NCBI RefSeq assembly: GCF_009914755.1
Contig: NC_060929.1
Source of the DNA: the human T2T-CHM13v2.0 reference genome, Homo sapiens
Strand: one strand, 5' to 3'
Length of the DNA stretch: 64,000 nt
In this document: positions 27,981-45,072 of the stretch, piece by piece
How positions within the stretch are numbered: the stretch's first letter is position 1
Layout: each line of letters begins with the position of its first letter
Made by a program: the position numbers and the translations under genes
Notes under the pieces: generated by a model
What the model saw: the letters and a program-made list of their open reading frames with translations, nothing else
What the model was told of the DNA's origin: nothing
Database searches by the model: none

Positions 27981-28695
27981 TTAAGATTTCAGATGGAAAG
28001 GCAAGAAATACCCCACCTAGTTTATCTCAGCCCCATTAACTCATACTCTGCACAGAAGCTATTCAAAGAGGCACTTTATAGAGAATCATAGCTGAACACT
28101 TCAAAAAACTTCAACACTGAAGATGCTTTTTGATGGGGTTAGAAGGTAATAGCTTTAGTCCCAAGAGTCTGCATTGGCACCAACAGTTGATACTGAGTCT
28201 TTAAGGTGACCCAACTCTTGGGAACAGCTTTTCAAAAAAAATTGGAAATGGGACCCTACCTTATCCATTGCAACATGAATGCTCTGCCTATTACCCAAAC
28301 TGCCAGGTATGAAAGGAGAGAACATGAGATGGCAGTCCCAGTGAAAGCTGCAATTACCCACGGCTCCAGCTCACCTTTGTGCTTCCAGTCTCGGCTGCTT
28401 TTCATCACATGTTTTTCAAAAGCCGCTGAAACTCAAGAGCTGGGCTGGGTTCCTGCCTGTTGCCAGACCTCTCTTTCCTAAGCCTCCTGGGGAGGCCAGA
28501 GGCCCCAAATTCTGGTCCTATCTCACTCCTCTTACCGATGAAACTGGGTGGGGAGTCCAAAGCCTCACCAAAGTTTCCTTTGGAAAGTCAGATCCCGGAG
28601 CCTCTCTCTTCAGAGTGTGGGGTTAGAGCAGGTAAAGAAGTGTGAACAAAGGGGCTATAATGAAGCTTGTGATTCCAGAGTTCTCAGAAGCTTAA

Positions 28696-29171
<476 letters not shown>

Positions 29172-29184
29172 TGAGAGCACAATT

Positions 29185-29725
29185 CTATCAGTGGCTTTTC
29201 TCTAACTCAGTCCTGACCTGTCACTCCTACATTTAACACTCTTTGGTGACCACCAACTGCCTGTTAGAGAGAGTCCAAGCAAGCTCCCTAAGTAGCATAC
29301 ATGGCTTTTTGTGATCCGTCGCCTGTAACCGCCACTGCTTCATTTCCTCCCCTCTCTTCTCCTTCCCCAAAATGCACATCCTTCCCACCCAGCAGAAATG
29401 CACCACCAGGGACAATCCCCAGAATGTGCCCTAGGGTTTGCATGCCTGTGTCTTTGCACACCCTGTTCTCTCTGCCTGGCATGCTTTCTCCAACTGCATC
29501 ATCCAGTCATAAAACTTCTCTTGAAAAACTCACTTCATGTTCCCTTCTTTCGGAAGCCTTCTCTGATGACTGACCTCTTCCTCTATTGCCCAATAGGGCT
29601 TGTAACACCAAATGGCAATTGTTGATTTACAGGTCTGTCTTCCCCACTAGACTGAGTTCCGTAAAACACAGATTAAAATTTCATCGTTCCCCAGGCCTTA
29701 CCCGATACCTAGAATGAAAGGATAT
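29185..29725 (+). mobile_element. L2
   Basis: ccctgttctctctgcctggcatgc...cggaagccttctctga...gtctgtcttccccactagactgagttcc. Confidence 0.7.
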
Positions 29726-30299
29726 TTACATAGTCCATAGTTAGGTATAACCATTCCCATTTTATAGATGAGAAAACTGGGGCTTAAAGAGAAAGAGTCA
29801 CAATGCCAGTTGGCAGTACATTTGGAACTAGAAATGAGTTTTCTCAACTCCTAATTCAGAGTGTTTTATACTAGGACTTCCTTCCCACATGGGTCAGGAC
29901 ACCTATCTCTACAGAAAATCACATTGTCAACTTTTCGTCCTACTCAGCCAGAATTATATGACACAAAGGTCTCTGAGGTCAGGGTGTCAACACCAAAACA
30001 CAGAACACCTCCTTGGCATGCCATGTAACCTCATTGCCTTTTTCTCCCCTTTCCAGGGGGCTCACAGACTCCCTGGCAGCAGCTTTGCTCCAGAGACCTA
30101 AACTCGCCCAGGCTTCTGAGGGTCTATGGAAGACATCACTCTAAGCACTATTTTCCAAGGACTAGAAAGGTACCCTAGTTGGGTTGCCTTGGCCCTCTGT
30201 CCAAGGGAGAGGTTCTGCACAGGGGGCTGAGAACGTCTGTATCACTCACATTATCTTAACCTCCCAGAGTCATAAGCAGGGAAGGCCATCAGGAGGAAG

Positions 30300-30530
30300 C
30301 CTTTAATTACCTGCAGATGATCCCAATTAAGCAGCACTGCCTCCCCAATTAGCAGTCCCTTTCATTGAAAATCATTAGGCTTAATTTCATTTCCCAGGAA
30401 ACACCTTAATCAAGCAAGCTCTGTCCCCAACTCCTGAGGCAGCCAGACTCCCACTGACGTCACCCTGACCCCGTCTGGCCTGGATGACGATGCTAAATTG
30501 AGCTCTGGGTCAATTTCCCAATTAAACCCA
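30300..30530. promoter_or_regulatory. Candidate enhancer: clustered homeodomain motifs plus full CRE
   Basis: CCCAATTA three times (30322, 30344, 30517), further TAAT cores, palindromic TGACGTCA at 30455-30462, in non-repeat DNA. Confidence 0.45.
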
Positions 30531-31860
30531 TCCCTTTAGTTACACTGTTTTCTAACATGTAGCCAGACCAATGGTCTGTGTTCCTTAAATTACTTACTAA
30601 AGGTAGAGCATGTTCAAAGAAGGCCCATCCCTAAAGGGGATAAATCTGTAAGCACACTCCAAAAAGGTACCTCTTATAAAAAGTAAGTCTGAAACACCAT
30701 AGCATGACAGCCACAAAGCACAGCCTGTGTTCAAAATGCAAAGCAGGAAAGCTGCTGGTGCCTTCACTGTCAAAGCGGGAAGAGGTCCAGATTTCTTCTG
30801 CCCCTTTTTTCCTTCACTATGCCCCAAAAAGGTGAAAATTAAGGGAGAGAATCTTAGCATGCAAACCCTGCACCACCTTCTGGGGATTGTCACTGATGGT
30901 GTGTTTCTGTTCGGTGGGAAGAGTTCTTTCCAAGGTGCAGATGCCCATAGGCAGCCATTTACGTTCTCAGCCTTTGAATCCTAAACCTTTCACTCACAAG
31001 GTGAGGGAGAGTGACTTCAGGAAGAAGAAAATTCAGAGTTGTGCCACCCGGACCACTGTCAATGGAATTGCAGCCTATTACATGTCAGCACTAAAGCCAA
31101 CTGCTGACCATCAGATTTAGAATTACTGTAGAGAACCTCCTTCTTGTGTCCAGCTCTCTTATTCCAAATTCAGAGCGCCCATTCAGGGTTCAGGGTAAAC
31201 CAAGGAGTCCGTTTCCCCTGTCAACAACCAGCCTGAGATCCTTCACACTGCTATGTTCCCAAAGTGGTTTTCCTCCCCATCCCAGCAAGGCTCGCCCTCG
31301 GCTGGGCTGGCTCTTTTCTTCCTTTTGCTTGATTCTCAGCAGACTTACACCTCCAGGAAACAGGAAAGGAAGGAAGAAAAGTACAAGATAGAATTGGTTC
31401 AGTCACAATTTAGAATCCCTGTAAACTTATCCACTAAAACCCTACAAATACATCTTAATTTTCACACTGAAATAGGCTATGAAGTTCAAATCAAATTCTG
31501 TTTCCTTTAACTTTTTTCATATCCATGTTAATCACATTCCTGTGAAACTGAAGAGAGAGAAGTGCCCCTCCCCTTGATACTAAATTTAATATGGAGATGA
31601 TTAGAAGTGCATTTGTCATTGCTGCCTAGAGAGCTTCATGCATTAGCCCTCCCCAAATGAGATTAACACCTAACCATTCCCTGCTGCTCCCCAAGTCCTC
31701 ACTGCTATGCCAGGCATCTACAATAATCACCTTCTATTGATTTTTCCCGAACTATTTATTTTTTAAACTTTATAGTCAGCTCACCTTAATTCATTCATAT
31801 TCAGCTTTTGGTGAAAAACCTCAAACGTTGGGGGACTCTGATCCTGTCCCCTCTGGTTGA

Positions 31861-32038
31861 GATATATATATCTCATATATATATATATCTCTTATATATA
31901 TCTCATATATCTCTCATATATATATATCTCATATATATATCTCATATATATATATCTCATATATATCTCATATATATCTCATATATATAATCTCATATAT
32001 ATATATATATCTCATATATATATATATCTCATATATAT
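31861..32038. repeat. AT-rich [TCTCA(TA)n] compound tandem repeat
   Basis: Repeating tctcatatatata units with variable TA number over ~180 bp. Confidence 0.95.
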
Positions 32039-32459
32039 GTCTGAAGTCAACTGTTTTCTATTGACTTTTACCATTTCTTCCCTCTCTTTCCCAAAGACAA
32101 AACTATTTAGATCTGATCAGGCATCTGGCCTGTTAGATGAGCTGCCCTTTCTCCTTTATAGAAATCCTGATTGAAAATGTGGCTGCTCTGATAGTGGTCT
32201 AGAAACATTTCCCAGGAGCAAGCCACAATTTGTCACTGCATTAAGTTTCAAAGCCTGTTGGTTGGGGAAAATAGGATTCTTCAAATTTTCCTTAACAAGT
32301 ACCAAGTCACTCCTGAGAGTCCAGATAACCAGTGCCCCAAGCCTTGCAACCCACACTGCTTGGGTCTCTGTGCTAGCTTTAGGGAGTAAGCCAGGTAAAA
32401 AGCTTAGTGATAATACCAGAGGTGGCCATACTACTACTACCACTACTACTACTAGTAAT

Positions 32460-32660
32460 AGCTAACATTTGAGTCTTTACTGTGTTCCAGAAATGTGAAA
32501 ATGCTCTCCCTACAATTGTCTCACCTATACAATAGATATTATCCACAATTTACCGAAAAGGAAACTGAAATTTAGAAAAGTCAAGTAATTTCCTCAAGAA
32601 CACACAGCTAGTGAGTGATTGTGCCCAGGATTAAAACCCAGTTTGTTCTATTGCCAAGTT
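32460..32660 (-). mobile_element. MIR
   Basis: gctaacatttgag...ggaaactgaaatttagaaaagtcaagtaatttcctcaag...ggattaaaaccca. Confidence 0.75.
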
Positions 32661-33227
32661 GTCTAATACCTCAGAGTAGGTAAAGGAAGAATTAATATTG
32701 AGCTGAGATTAGCATCTATTATATAATAACCCTCTATTTCTGCTTGGCTTAGATAAGTGCAAATTAATTCAATTTAGATCTGTCCCTGTACTCAGGTTCT
32801 GACATCCAGGTGAATTAATTCCCTCTGAGTCTTAGTTTTCTCATCCATGCAATGAAGACATTGGACTGAGTGATACCATGGGAAACTCCCAGCTCTTACA
32901 GTGTGGGATTCTAGATAAATGTGATATAGACAGAACTATGGACAGACATTTACAGCTAGAGAAGCCCTGGAGATGATCTAATCTAGGTGCATCAAATGCA
33001 CAGCATACATGCTGCCTCTTCCCTCTGCTGTGCCCATGGTAGACGTCACTAATGGATCACCATCTTCTTTCTTGACGAATCCAGTCATAACTTCAGAATT
33101 CTTTCCAATTCTATGCTAAGTAACTAAATGAGACAACTGCACATAAAATAACCCTAGTTGCCATTCCAATTGTTAACCAACCTGCTCAATTTAAAAATGA
33201 GGAAACTGAGACACAGAGAGGGTAAGG

Positions 33228-34700
33228 GATTCAATAAACATCTACTGAGCGATTGATATGTGCCAGATCTTGTGTTAAATTCTGAGAAAGAGATGAATAA
33301 TAATAGTCTTACCCTCTAACAACTTTCAGTTTAATGAGCGATGTAGGCTGTTAAATAAGCAGTTACAATACTGTGTAATCAGTATTATTTGACCACCTGG
33401 GAAATAATCTAACCTGGACTGATTCAGAGAAAGCTCCCTACAAGGAGTAGCACTTAAGCTGAGACTTGAATGGGAATATAATTTTGTCAAATGAATACAG
33501 AGTGAGAAGGTCATTCTAAACAGAGAAAAGAGTCCAACAGCTCAAGAGAGCTCAGACTACTTAAAGAGTTGTAAGTTACTAAGGATGGCTGGAGCCTTAG
33601 AGCATAAAATGCAATGAGTTTGTGAATGTTGGGCAGGAAGGAGATCAGCAGGAGCCAGCCCATGAAGGGCCACACATACCATGCTTCAGAGGCCATTCTT
33701 CACGCTGAGGGTGGTCAGAAGACATGGCTGGAAATTCCTTGACATTTCTCCCACTGAGAGGTCGTGCCTATATCCCCCTCCTTGAAACTCAGCAGGCTTG
33801 TAACTGCTTCAACCAACAGAGTAGTATGGAAATGGTGCTACATGGCTTCTGAGGCTAGGCCATAAAACACCATGCAGCTTATACTTTGTTCCCTAGAGCT
33901 CACACCTGTGGAGCCATGAGCCACCATGTAAAAAGACCAACCACCCTAAGACCACCATGCTGCAGGGGCCACATGTATGAGCTCCAGCTGACAGCCCCAG
34001 CTGAGGCTAGCCTTCTGACCTTCCCCGCAAAGTGCCATATTTGTGAGTGAAGCCCATTACCAGCTGGATACCACTAACTGACCTCTGTTGATGCCCCATG
34101 GAACAGAATAATCACCCAGCTGAGCCTTGCCTGAATTCCTAACCCACAAATTATAAAATATAATAAAATGGTTGTTTTAAGGCACTGGGTTTTAGGGTCT
34201 TTTCTTATGTAGCAATAGATAACCAGAAAAGAAAAGGAACATTGAAGGTTTTTAGGAAGGAAGGTGACATGATTAGATTTAGTCTGGAAGGACTACTTAG
34301 GTTGCTGTGTGCGGAATGGATTGGGAAGTGGGAAGAATGGAGCAGAACAACTCTTTGGGCTACTGCAATTGTGCAGATAAGTGATGGCCAGGACAGTGGC
34401 AGTAAAGCAAAGAGAAATGTTGACCTGATTAGAGATATATGTAGAGAGTAGAGGCAATAAAATGCAGTGACTGACTGATGGGTATATGAGAGAGGAAAGT
34501 CAAGAAAATTCCCAGTTTTCTGGCCCAGGTAATTGGGTGGATGGTGGTACCATGTGCTGAGACGGGCACATGGAGAGGGAGATGAGTTTCTTTTTGATGT
34601 GTTAGGTGAGATAGTGCAGGATGGGGTAGGCAACAGCTAGGGAATTCAGGAGGTCCATCTGGGCTGGAGACCCGGGTCTGAGAGCCATCCACTAAGGGAT
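33228..34700 (-). mobile_element. L2 split by an MLT1 LTR
   Basis: attcaataaacatctactgagc...; resumes after 34228 with ggttttt aggaaggaaggtgacatgattagattt. Confidence 0.75.
33711..34228 (+). mobile_element. MLT1 (F/G-like) solo LTR
   Basis: gcttgtaactgcttcaaccaacagagt...ttctgaggctaggccataaaa...ggttgttttaagg...gtagcaatagataacc. Confidence 0.85.
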
Positions 34701-35429
34701 GGTGATCCATGAGAGGATAGAATGACCAGGGATCTCACTGGGAGGAATGAGAAGAGGGAAACAGGGCAGAAAACCATAGGGAGTGGCCAGGCTGAGAATG
34801 AGCAGGGAAAGAGCACACTCTGGTCCCTGAAGTTGCTCTTGGGTGATTCACTCCAAATTGCTTACTACCTTCCTTCTTCTGTCTCCTGTACCCTAGAAAC
34901 TGTGGGGCTTTGAACATGGCAAACACTGAGGCTAAGGAAACTGTGAGACTAGACTGTCTTCCACTGTCACTCATCAGACCTGCATAAGCCACTCCATGCC
35001 AATTTCTTTAATTTTTAAATGCACTGTTTTATTCTCCTCTCTCCATTCCCTCCAGCCTGATCGTTTTCTTTTAAAATGTTCGTCATTTCTCTCTCATTTC
35101 ATTTTCTTTCATCTGCAACCTGCTATTAAGGGTGTTTTCCCCACAGCTATTTTGACACCAAAGCAGCTTAATCTGTTCTCCTAATTAGCTTGTGATACAT
35201 ACACAGAGTCCAACATCTCCTGTACAATAGCATTCTCTCCAGTCGTCTCCGTGGCTCTCCACCTCCCTCTTTCTTCCCTGCTGTTTCATGGGCCCTCCAG
35301 CCAGACCTTTCTCTCCATGTTTCCAAAGGCAGAAAAGCAGAGAAACTGCAGGGATGTGTTCTTACCCTCAGAAGTAATATATCTGTTGCAGGTTGCTGAT
35401 CTGAGGATATACAATGTCACCAAGAACAT

Positions 35430-35650
35430 GAGCTTTAGACTCTAGCAGACTGGAATTAAAACTACTAGTTTAGCTACTTGCCAGCCACATGGCCCTAGGC
35501 AAATAATAAACATTTTTGAGCTTCTGTTTTTTCATCTATAAAATGAAGATGATATCAATACATAACTCAAAGGATTAAAAGAGAGAACTGTGTTAAGCTC
35601 CCAGCACTGAGTATGGCACAAGGGAAGCACTCAATAGCCAATGGCTATTA
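35430..35650 (+). mobile_element. MIR
   Basis: gagcttctgttttttcatctataaaatgaagatgat core. Confidence 0.7.
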
Positions 35651-36104
35651 ATACATTATGCTAAGGAAGCATCTTATTACATTTGAGCTTTGGGGTTTGG
35701 TGCAAGGGTTGTTCTTGAGATGAGAGAACCAGATGCTTTCCGAACTGGTACTGGGTAGCTTCCATGACCAGCTGCAATTTCAGGAACCATGTTCACTGCC
35801 TGGAAATGTGTTGTGGTGTCTTCAGGCATGCCTTCACCTTCAGATTGCTAAAAGCTGTCAGTGTCCTTCACATAGACCCTTGGTCCACTTTAGGTTCCAA
35901 AATTGCCATTTTGTTGTGGTATTTCAGAGATGAGTAGATGAAAATGGGCATCAGCAGCCATCCAGTCCAAAAATCAACCCTTACATGTGGGGAAAATAAA
36001 TCATTCAGTTCAATGAAACACCCGATCTACCTCATATTCCAGACCAGTTCTTCATCCTAAGTCCCTCCTACTCAGCCTCCAGGATGTCAGTGCATTAAAT
36101 TGGT

Positions 36105-36765
36105 CAGCAAATATTTAATGTGCAAGGAAACACGGCAGGCAATGGGAGTAACAATAATCAATCAAGTGGGCAAAAATATCTGATCTTGTGGAACTTACAT
36201 TCTAGTCTGGAAAGATAGACCATCAGCAAATGAATGAGTGGTATAGAGAAAAATAAAGCAGATTCAGGCAGAGAGGGAGTGAGAGAAAGAGTCTTTCAGT
36301 TTATGTAGAGACATCAGAGAAGGCCTTGTTCACAAGGGCTTTGCGCAGAGGCCGGGGGAGCATGAAGGAGTGTTATCTGGGGAAGAGTGTTTCCAGGAAG
36401 AGGAAGGCAAAAAAAGAAAGATGCCAGGTGGAGATGCGGTTGCAGACCAGCAAGGAAATTAGAGTGTGCAGTGGTATTATCAAAAGTGAAAGTGTAAAAA
36501 AGGTCAGAGACATAGTAGAAGACCAGATCAGGTAGGAACTTGTGAACCATGGCAGCAAGTAGGGCTCTAACTGTGGAAAGATAGGCACTCAGTGTGGGCC
36601 ATGACTTAAGTTTTTCAAGGACCACTCTGGATGCTCTACTGAAAATGTACTGCACAGGTAGCAGGAAAAAGCAGGGAGGTCAGTTAGAAGCCTCCTACAT
36701 TATTATTATTCCAGGAGACAGAGGATGGTGACTTGGACCAGGAGACGGCAGGGGAGGTGAGAAAG
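36105..36765 (-). mobile_element. L2
   Basis: cagcaaatatttaatgtgc...cttgtggaacttacattctagt...gatggtgacttggaccagg. Confidence 0.7.
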
Positions 36766-37454
36766 GGGAAACTCAGACCTCACTTGCTACAGGAAGCCTC
36801 ATCCTCTCTCCTCCCCTGTGTTTCCACCACCCTAGCACTTTCACCCGTATTTTAAGTGTCTTCTACCTCCACTGATTCTGAGCTCCTTGAAGCAAGAACC
36901 ATATTTCATGCATTTCTATCACCTCGGAACTTAACCCGCTGCTTAGTGCATGAAACACAGTCCTAATAAAATGAACAAATAATTGTTATCCTCTTAACAT
37001 GCCAGGTACCATAGGGATGAACATGAGTGGCCTGTGGCCCTAGAGAATGTAGCACTGGAAATTTATGCGATCCAAGAGTGACTCTGAAGTCTATGGTTTG
37101 TCATTTTGCTGAGTCACAAATTTGAATTATTTGCTTGAAGACTTGTCCGTAAGGAAAAGAGACCTCCTTGGTGACTGAGCCCCAGTGACTACCCAGAAAT
37201 ACACACCTCAATCCAACTTAGTTTTTCTCTCCTTTATTCTTAGTGGTATTTTGCCAGGGGGTTGTTTAGTGGATTCACATATTTCAAGTTCCACAAAGAT
37301 CTCCCACCTGAAAACCAAGAATCAATTGCAAGATGCAGTCTCTACCTTCATCAGGCTCATATTTTAGTTGGGAGGCACACACTACAATAAAATATAAGTG
37401 GAATAATAAGACGGAAAATATGGAAAGAAGACAAGAAGGATATTTAATATATGG

Positions 37455-40045
<2,591 letters not shown>

Positions 40046-40049
40046 CAAG

Positions 40050-40460
40050 GAGACAAGGGAGTAGAGTGAAAAAAATCCAACATGTTTAACCAGAGTTCCA
40101 AAAGTAGGAGAGAAGAGAAAATGAGTCAGAGGCAAAGTTTGGAGAGGATTTTCCAGAACATATAAAAGATACCAATCCATAGATTCAGGAAGCCCAACAA
40201 ATCCCAAGAAGAATACAATTTTTAAAAAATCGCCTTAAAATGTGATATCGTGAAAGCACAGAACACCAAAGATAAAGGGAAAAAAAACATAAAAGCACTC
40301 AGAGAAATATGACAAAGGGGAATGAGTTCAACAGACAGCTGACTTAGCAACAAGGGAAGCCTGAGCATGGTGGAATTACATGTAAAATATTCTGAAATAA
40401 AATTCTACCAATCTAGATACGGAACAAATAAAGACAAATGAAAACTGGATAATTCAGTTC
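40050..40460 (+). mobile_element. Old L1 ORF1-region fragment
   Basis: atagattcaggaagcccaacaaatcccaagaag (IQEAQQIP..), gacagctgactt. Confidence 0.6.
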
Positions 40461-43379
40461 TAGTAGAATCAGTTGAGAGGGAGCTTTTTAGAGGAATAGT
40501 TACTATAATTTTTGTGTGTAGTGAAAGAAGAGCTTTAGCACTGGAACCGCAGGACCTGGGTTTGCATCCTGCCCATTACTACTGGAGAAAATAAGAGTTG
40601 GGCAAGTCACAGAACTTCTTTGTAAATCAGTTTTCTTCATCCGTAACACAGGAATGTCTGTCTACTTACAGAACAGGGCTGGTACAGAGCTTGAATAGAA
40701 TCACATATCCTAAAAGTCTTTGAAATCTGTAAAGAATGGGGCAACTTGATGTGTACTGATATAAAATTATCTCTAAGACATTTTGTTAATTGAAAAAAAA
40801 GTTGCATTATAGTGTATACAGTAGGCTATTACTTGTGTACAAAGAGGGAGAAATATGGTAGTTGTATACTTTTATGTGCATAGCGCATTTTAGGATTCAC
40901 GAAAAATTTATAACTACAGTTACCTCTGGGTAGGAGAAGTAGATGGCTGCAAACAGGAAAGAGAGAGCTACGTGAAATTTTTCATAATAACATTTAAAAA
41001 TATAAAACCATAAAAGTGCTAGACAAAGTATATGGCAATACGTATTTTTATAATTTTATGACTTTTATAATCTTAAAGTCAAAGCCTTTTTAAAATGACA
41101 CAAAACCAAGATATAAAAGAACAAATTTAACAAATTCAAATAGCCAAAATTAAATGTTCCTGCATGACAATAAAAACATCACAACATCTTTTGCACATTT
41201 TAAGTTTTATATTATGTAATTGCATGTACCACATACCACAAAATAAACAAAATCATATTTGAATACTTTTGAATCTCTGATGTTACATGAACCTCATAAG
41301 ATCTCTGTCCCTCTCTACATTACTATTAATTCCAGGACCAGATCCTGTGAGCAGCAAAGGATCTCAACCTTCACTCCTCAACAGAGGGCCTCCCCTAATC
41401 GTGGCTATTTGGGAAAATGTGCTCTACCCTATTGAATTATCCCTTACTTCTAGGTGATGTTCCTGATACTTAGATTATTACTCTCCCAGCTCTGTGACAT
41501 CCTGTAAACTAAATAAGCTAATGACAGCAAAATAGTGGCAGCCAATTTGCATGTCATTTGCATGTCCTTTGATACTCTATTCCTGTGAGAACAAAATGTA
41601 CCCCAGTTTCTCATCCATAACTCCTATAAATGCCCAGATGTCTCCATCTCAGGCAGGCTGACCAAGACCCCTAGGCAAACCACTCACTAGTCTCCACTGA
41701 GGAATACACAGCCCCAACTCTGGCCCCAAAACTTCCAATCAAAGTCAACTCTGGCTTTTTCTTCCTTTTTAATCTTACCAGCTGTCACAAGATCCTCATT
41801 CCCTGCTAACAGCTAGCAACTTTCTGACACAAATTTTGTCTGGAGTTGTTAGGCTCCTAGGAATAAAACATTTTCTTTCCTAGAACAACGAGGGACATAT
41901 TAGTCCACTTTCAGCTCTGTAGCTTCTAAATGAGTATATAAACTTTTTCTACAGGTTTCAATCTTGCCCTAAGGTGATGCCATTAAATGCATTTTAATTA
42001 AACAGAACGGTGTATCTGGAGAAGCAAGCATGTATGTGGCACTGTCCATGGTTCTGGTCCTGCTTGCCAACCACTCCTAACCTGAGAGATCAATGACAAC
42101 TGAGCAACCTCTTCCAAGAATTGTAAATATAAGAGAAAGGCAGTGGCAGGAGAGAAGGAAAGCAGGAAAAGGTGGAGGAGGAGAAAGAGAGAGAGAGAAA
42201 AAAAAGGCTATTTCAAAAGCAGAGACCACTGAAAGATCAATTAGCAAAATGAAAAAGAAGGCTTCTGTTTTATTTTTCAAACAACTATAGTTACTGAGAA
42301 GCCACAACCAACCACAACTGAAATATGAACTACAAAACTGCTGAAGGAAAGTAAAAAGTTTATCAAGGATACTGAGATTTGTTGGTGTTGATACAAGCAA
42401 ATGAGTTCCTAGGGCTGGATGAGAACAGCAGGTAGGTCAAGATGATAAGATTGAGTTGTACCAGTGTTTTTATGATTTTTCTTTTATATCTTGCTGCAAA
42501 TTAGGACTTATGTGTCACAATTGACATAGCTTCTTTCAGGCTCTTGTAAAAGTCCTCTCACACCTCCAACAGCTAAATTATTTTTCTCTTTGAGAGACTG
42601 AGGAGCACTCCCTTCCTTGTCCCCTCCTCTGCTCATCCTTTCCTGGGGTCAGCACTGACAGCATACACTGCCCAGAGTCACTCAGTCCTGCAGCTGCTGA
42701 ACGTTGACAAATTGCCAGTTCTTTTGGCAGATAACAATTCTTCATAGCTTATTTTCAAAACACTTGAACTCTATAATGTATGCTCACTCTGCTACAAAGA
42801 ATTACAGAAAATTGATACACTCCTCAATCCCAAGAAGCAGAATTATTGTTCTTGGACTGGTTGTTTACGTGCAGTCTGGGCTTCAGGGCACATGAGGAGA
42901 AACTGCAAAACTGAGGGCAATGTTCAAGGGGCTTGGAGTGTGAGATGGCTGAGAACTGCTCGGAGCCTGCTAGGAACTTTGCTGCAAAGTAATCACAGGC
43001 ACTGGCATAGAGGTGTCACTGCTAGAAATCAAGGCCATCTGGAGTGTTCTGCATGGGAGAGAATTCTATTCAGTTCGCTTTAGTGGCCCTTTTTATTCTC
43101 AGTAGAATTTCTCAGTATTCCAGAATGTCAGAGCTAAAATAGCACTTAAGTCCATTTTTTCCAAGCATGTTTTCCATTTACAAGCAAACAACAACAAAAA
43201 CAACCCAAAAACAGACCCTGAAACACAGAGAAGTTGGGTGACTTCCACAGTCACAGAATTAGAAGGAGATAATCGAGGCTGAAATCCAAGTCTCTGCTCC
43301 CAATCCAAGGCTTATTCATTACACGATGATCACTCCAGCCCTGCCTCTCACTGTCCATGTGTCCCTGAGTAAGCTAATT

Positions 43380-43545
43380 GATTACTTCCTCTTTGCCCAG
43401 ATTCTCTCATCTATTAAAAAGGAACACAATTAGCACCTCTCTTTTTGGGTTCATATGAGGATCAAATGAGGTAATTTATGCAAAGTGCCTAGCGCAGTGT
43501 CTGGCTCATAGTATTCAATAAATGTGAATTCTCATTATTATTACT
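43380..43545 (+). mobile_element. MIR
   Basis: gaggatcaaatgaggtaatttatgcaaagtgcctagcgcagtgtctggctcatagtattcaataaatg. Confidence 0.8.
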
Positions 43546-44784
43546 AATGTTGTCACTAATTTCCATCTTACCTGTGAAGAAACTAGGTATTAGAGCTTCA
43601 AGAAGACTTGGCAAGAGAACAAGATTCTAAAATAATTGCTTTTGAATTCTAAACCCTGACTTGTTATAGATACTGAGATTAGTTCTCTCAGGAACATGCT
43701 TCTTAGGACACACATATATTGAAGCCAGCAAGATTGTACCTCAGACACCCCCAATGCCCCAGGTAGTGAGCTGAAAATGCCCCAACAGTCAGGAAGAAAA
43801 CTGACCTTGAATTGTTCTTCACTCCCAGGTTCTTGATCCCCAGAACCAATGCTGGGCAATGAAGCCATCAGCAGACTGAAATCCTATATTTTGTAATCTG
43901 ACCTGGCTGTGGCTTTAATTGCTCAAAATCCAAATTTCTGTTCATCCTCTGACCTTACTGATGAAGCACAACAAATGTTTGAGGATTAATAAACATATTA
44001 AGGAGAAAAAAGAAATGAATTTACTAAGGATGCCTGGGAGATAAAAGAATAAATGTCGTTAGAGGGAAAATATTAAAAGATGCGATTAACTGTACATGAG
44101 AAAGACACAATTACCATTGCTGTTTTCAAAAAAAAAATCTCATCACATGCATCAGATCAAATTGCCCCTTTTTTCCTGTAAATAAACCAGAGATTTGACT
44201 CTGTAATGGAATTCAACCCTGAGTCTTGTGAATCAGGATCGGATTGTAATGCTCTCATCCAGTAAGTCTGGGATTATTTCCAGCCAGTTCAGCAGCTGCT
44301 CACTCTTGGTTATATAGATCATCACCAGAAGCAACACATAGGAAAGAAGTCCCAGCTCTCACACAAATCAGGAAAAAGGGAAAAGAAAGGGGAAGATAAC
44401 TTGCAGGTGGGAATCAATTAGACCGGCTCATGGCCTTTACATACTTGCAGACTCACTCAAAGAACCAGATCAAACTCCAACTCATACTCCCATGCACAGC
44501 TCAATCCTGAAGACCTCGTTCCTCTAGCAGAAAAATCCATGTTACGGCATGGAAGAGACAACATAGATAAGCAGAAAGGATGGTGCCTTCCACTTTCTGG
44601 GCATTTTAGACATTGCAGGCCATTTAGTGTACATGATTTTACCCAAGCTCTGTACCAGCCCTGTGAGGGAAGGGAGCCAATGTTCTCCAGTTAGATGTGG
44701 AAGCCGAGTTCCCAAGAAGTCCTGCGATCTGTCCAATTTGAGGATATTTTTCCCCAATAGTACCAAGGCAAGGATTCAAATTTA

Positions 44785-45072
<288 letters not shown>

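Noticed and set aside
31808-32174. Tyr/Ile-rich ORFs
   Set aside because: Translation of the TA-rich tandem repeat.
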